IMG/VR virus record: IMGVR_UViG_3300040801_003310
Location: 6,657-70,656 of that record
Strand: one strand, 5' to 3'
From: a virus
DNA: 64,000 nucleotides
The notes under the pieces are model-generated. The model made no database searches. It had not been told where the DNA came from and saw only the letters and a program-made list of their open reading frames with translations. Both the position numbers and the translations under genes were made by a program. Shown piece after piece: positions 61,862 through 64,000 of the stretch (positions within the stretch are counted from its first letter, which is position 1; each line of letters starts with the position of its first letter).

Positions 61862-63130
61862 ATGTTTTCACCAGACAACTTTTATCAATATCTTTTGTTA
61901 AATCTTAAAGATCGTAACATAGATACCGAATTATATTATTTTCCTAATCCCGGAATCCGAACATTAGACGGCATAAACACATTTGGACACCGTGCACCAA
62001 TGATGCCTCCGAGATATGCCAGTCGTTGCTTTTTATCTGACCAGGAACCATTGGATATTAATTTTTACACCAACTGGAAGTTTGATGACCTGTCTAAAGC
62101 ATTTAACCCGCAGGGTGCAACCTTTGCGAAACACCTACCATCAATGGATTTCGCTTCGTACTTTTTTTCCGGGACTCACACTCCTATTTTATGTCATTCT
62201 GAAAAAAATAGCCAGGACGTCAATATCTTCAAAGATCACTTTTTCTCCGATGCACATTATTTTTATCACGGGCTAATTTCGCGAGACTGGTATCGACACT
62301 GGAAATATTATAACATATCCCGCAATGCATCCGCAATGCGATTTGGCTTATATGCCCGTGACGCTTCAGGATCTAGAAGTTATCGATTGTCTCTATTAGA
62401 AAAACTGGTTCCGATTAAACAACAAGTTTACTATAAACTACAACCAGAAATTGCCAACGATCTTTGCTTAGAAGTTCGACGCCAATGGCCAGCGAACCCC
62501 GAGATCAAAGGGGCAGCGGCGTCGGCTATTATTGATTTGAACGACTCGGAACAATTTCATATTCACTTAGTGGCCGAAACTCTTTTTAACACAAGCAAAA
62601 CACACCTAACTGAAAAGGTATTCAAACCAATGGTTATGAAACAACCATTTATAATAATTGGACCGCCAGGTAGTCTAGAATATCTTCATACATATGGATT
62701 CCAGAGTTTTGGCGATATTTGGGATGAAAGCTATGACCAGGAAACTGACTCTGAAAAACGAATGGATAAAATTTTATCAACTGTTAAGCATCTGGCTTCG
62801 ATGAACGAATATCAATTTATAGATATAGTAAACAAAGCCAACACCATAGTCAACTTTAATCACCAGCATTTTTATAGTCAACGCTTTGAAGATATTTTGA
62901 TGAATGAATTACACAACAATTTAGATTCGGCAATTGCAGAAACACATGAAAGATTTTTTAGAATGCCGGGCGGTAATTGGTTTTATTACCAGGACATGTT
63001 AATAAAAGATGGGCACAAATTACCTAATCCAACTCAACAAATAAACCATCAGGTAATTAATTACCTAAAACAACACAAAGGCGATCCAGTTGCTAAACAA
63101 ATTCTGTCAAAGTACGCCCATCTGTTTTAA
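61862..63130 (+). CDS. Phage glycosyltransferase-like protein (GT10-like C-terminal domain)
   Basis: HLVAET...LTEKVFKPMVMKQPFIIIG...GFQSFGDIWDESYD. Confidence 0.65.
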   Translation: MFSPDNFYQYLLLNLKDRNIDTELYYFPNPGIRTLDGINTFGHRAPMMPPRYASRCFLSDQEPLDINFYTNWKFDDLSKAFNPQGATFAKHLPSMDFASYFFSGTHTPILCHSEKNSQDVNIFKDHFFSDAHYFYHGLISRDWYRHWKYYNISRNASAMRFGLYARDASGSRSYRLSLLEKLVPIKQQVYYKLQPEIANDLCLEVRRQWPANPEIKGAAASAIIDLNDSEQFHIHLVAETLFNTSKTHLTEKVFKPMVMKQPFIIIGPPGSLEYLHTYGFQSFGDIWDESYDQETDSEKRMDKILSTVKHLASMNEYQFIDIVNKANTIVNFNHQHFYSQRFEDILMNELHNNLDSAIAETHERFFRMPGGNWFYYQDMLIKDGHKLPNPTQQINHQVINYLKQHKGDPVAKQILSKYAHLF

Positions 63131-63490
63131 CACACGTTTTAACCAGGCCCAAAACTCCACGGCTGCAACAAGGATTACTCGTTCCCACTTTGGACATCCT
63201 AAATAAATAATTTCTTGTTCAAATTCTCGATTTGCTCGTTCCCAGTCGTCAAAGTTGTCAATGATATAGTCGTGAACAATAGCAGCGCCAAAGTATCGAC
63301 CAGTGGGAGAAAACAGCCAGGTTAATCCAGGTGGGATTGACGCCCCATCACTAATGAATCCAACTTTGGCCACTACGTTGCCGTTTCCAGAGGCATAAGA
63401 TTCGAGTAATTTCCATGTCGCTCGTTTCCACCATTTTGTTGGTGGTATAAATTCAACTTTAATAACACCACGATCAATAACTCGATTCAT
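63107..63490 (-). CDS. DUF1353 family protein
   Basis: GFISDGASIP, AAIVHDY, ANREF. Confidence 0.8.
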   Translation of the reverse strand: MNRVIDRGVIKVEFIPPTKWWKRATWKLLESYASGNGNVVAKVGFISDGASIPPGLTWLFSPTGRYFGAAIVHDYIIDNFDDWERANREFEQEIIYLGCPKWERVILVAAVEFWAWLKRVLKQMGVL

Positions 63491-63517
63491 TGTAATCTCC
63501 CGATATACAATATTTAT

Positions 63518-63769
63518 TTAAAATTGATTAGTATCGTCCGAGTCGGAATAAGCCGATAACGCTACGCCAGTTCCTTCGGCTTCGACTTTTAAAATTGATT
63601 GTGGTGGATACCACTCAAACTTATCGTCAGTGACTGTCCTGAAATACCCGGCACGGTTAATGTTCTTAACATGGTCCATAACTTGTTCAAGAGTGTTAAC
63701 CACAAAAGTAAATACTCCTTTCTTATTTCCGTTTCTTGTAATATTAGTAAAAATTCGAATAGTATACAT
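63518..63769 (-). CDS. Hypothetical protein
   Basis: 83 aa, TAAATA upstream. Confidence 0.6.
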   Translation of the reverse strand: MYTIRIFTNITRNGNKKGVFTFVVNTLEQVMDHVKNINRAGYFRTVTDDKFEWYPPQSILKVEAEGTGVALSAYSDSDDTNQF

Positions 63770-63837
63770 GAACTATCAATCCTTTTGTGTAGTTTAGTAT
63801 ATTATTTATTACTTTAGGACCAAAACATTAATCTAAA

Positions 63838-64000
63838 TTAAGGCATATATGTACGTTCGCGGTAAATTTCCATTAACACCGAGGCAGTCCAGTTTGAGTC
63901 GGAGTTGTTATAGATTTTGATACGAATAAAATATCCCATCTCAACTGGCAATTCAGCAGTTTCGTCGGACGTCATTGAAAAGTATGTCGTTGACGAACCA
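63838..64000 (-). CDS. C-terminal end of a CDS entering from beyond the window
   Basis: Open frame ...GSSTTYFSMTSDETAELPVEMGYFIRIKIYNNSDSNWTASVLMEIYRERTYMP-stop. Confidence 0.6.
   Translation of the reverse strand, partial: GSSTTYFSMTSDETAELPVEMGYFIRIKIYNNSDSNWTASVLMEIYRERTYMP

Overview
This 64 kb window is from a large lytic dsDNA jumbo phage with a T4-like replication core, probably infecting a proteobacterium. It is densely coding and almost all on the minus strand. Replication genes: family-B DNA polymerase, sliding clamp, clamp loader, RNase H, a DsbA-like protein and a stand-alone DnaE fragment. A 7-deazaguanine DNA-modification cluster (about 5.5-14.2 kb) has queE, queD, folE, a second QueD-like/DpdL-like gene and a dpdA/TGT-like gene but no queC; it also holds a phosphoribosyltransferase, a short DegT-type aminotransferase and a glycosyltransferase resembling the queuosine mannosyltransferase GTDC1/QTMAN. 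This is the best candidate for an undescribed glycosylated-deazaguanine system. Other content: a block of probable head-packaged, protease-processed proteins with [ILV]-x-E sites (including a nucleotidyltransferase-amidoligase fusion), proteostasis genes (clpA, clpP, dnaJ, groES), phoH, a Na+/solute symporter, mazG, baseplate/tail-like genes, a visibly GC-richer early-gene region and a small sugar-modification island. Two promoter classes are visible: sigma70 TTGAC-N17-TATAAT (several with IHF sites and a conserved 19-bp box) and T4-late-like TAAATA (many only 4-8 nt before an SD-less ATG). No tRNA, rRNA, CRISPR array, integrase or reverse transcriptase was recognised. All family assignments are by-eye motif recognition, not database searches.
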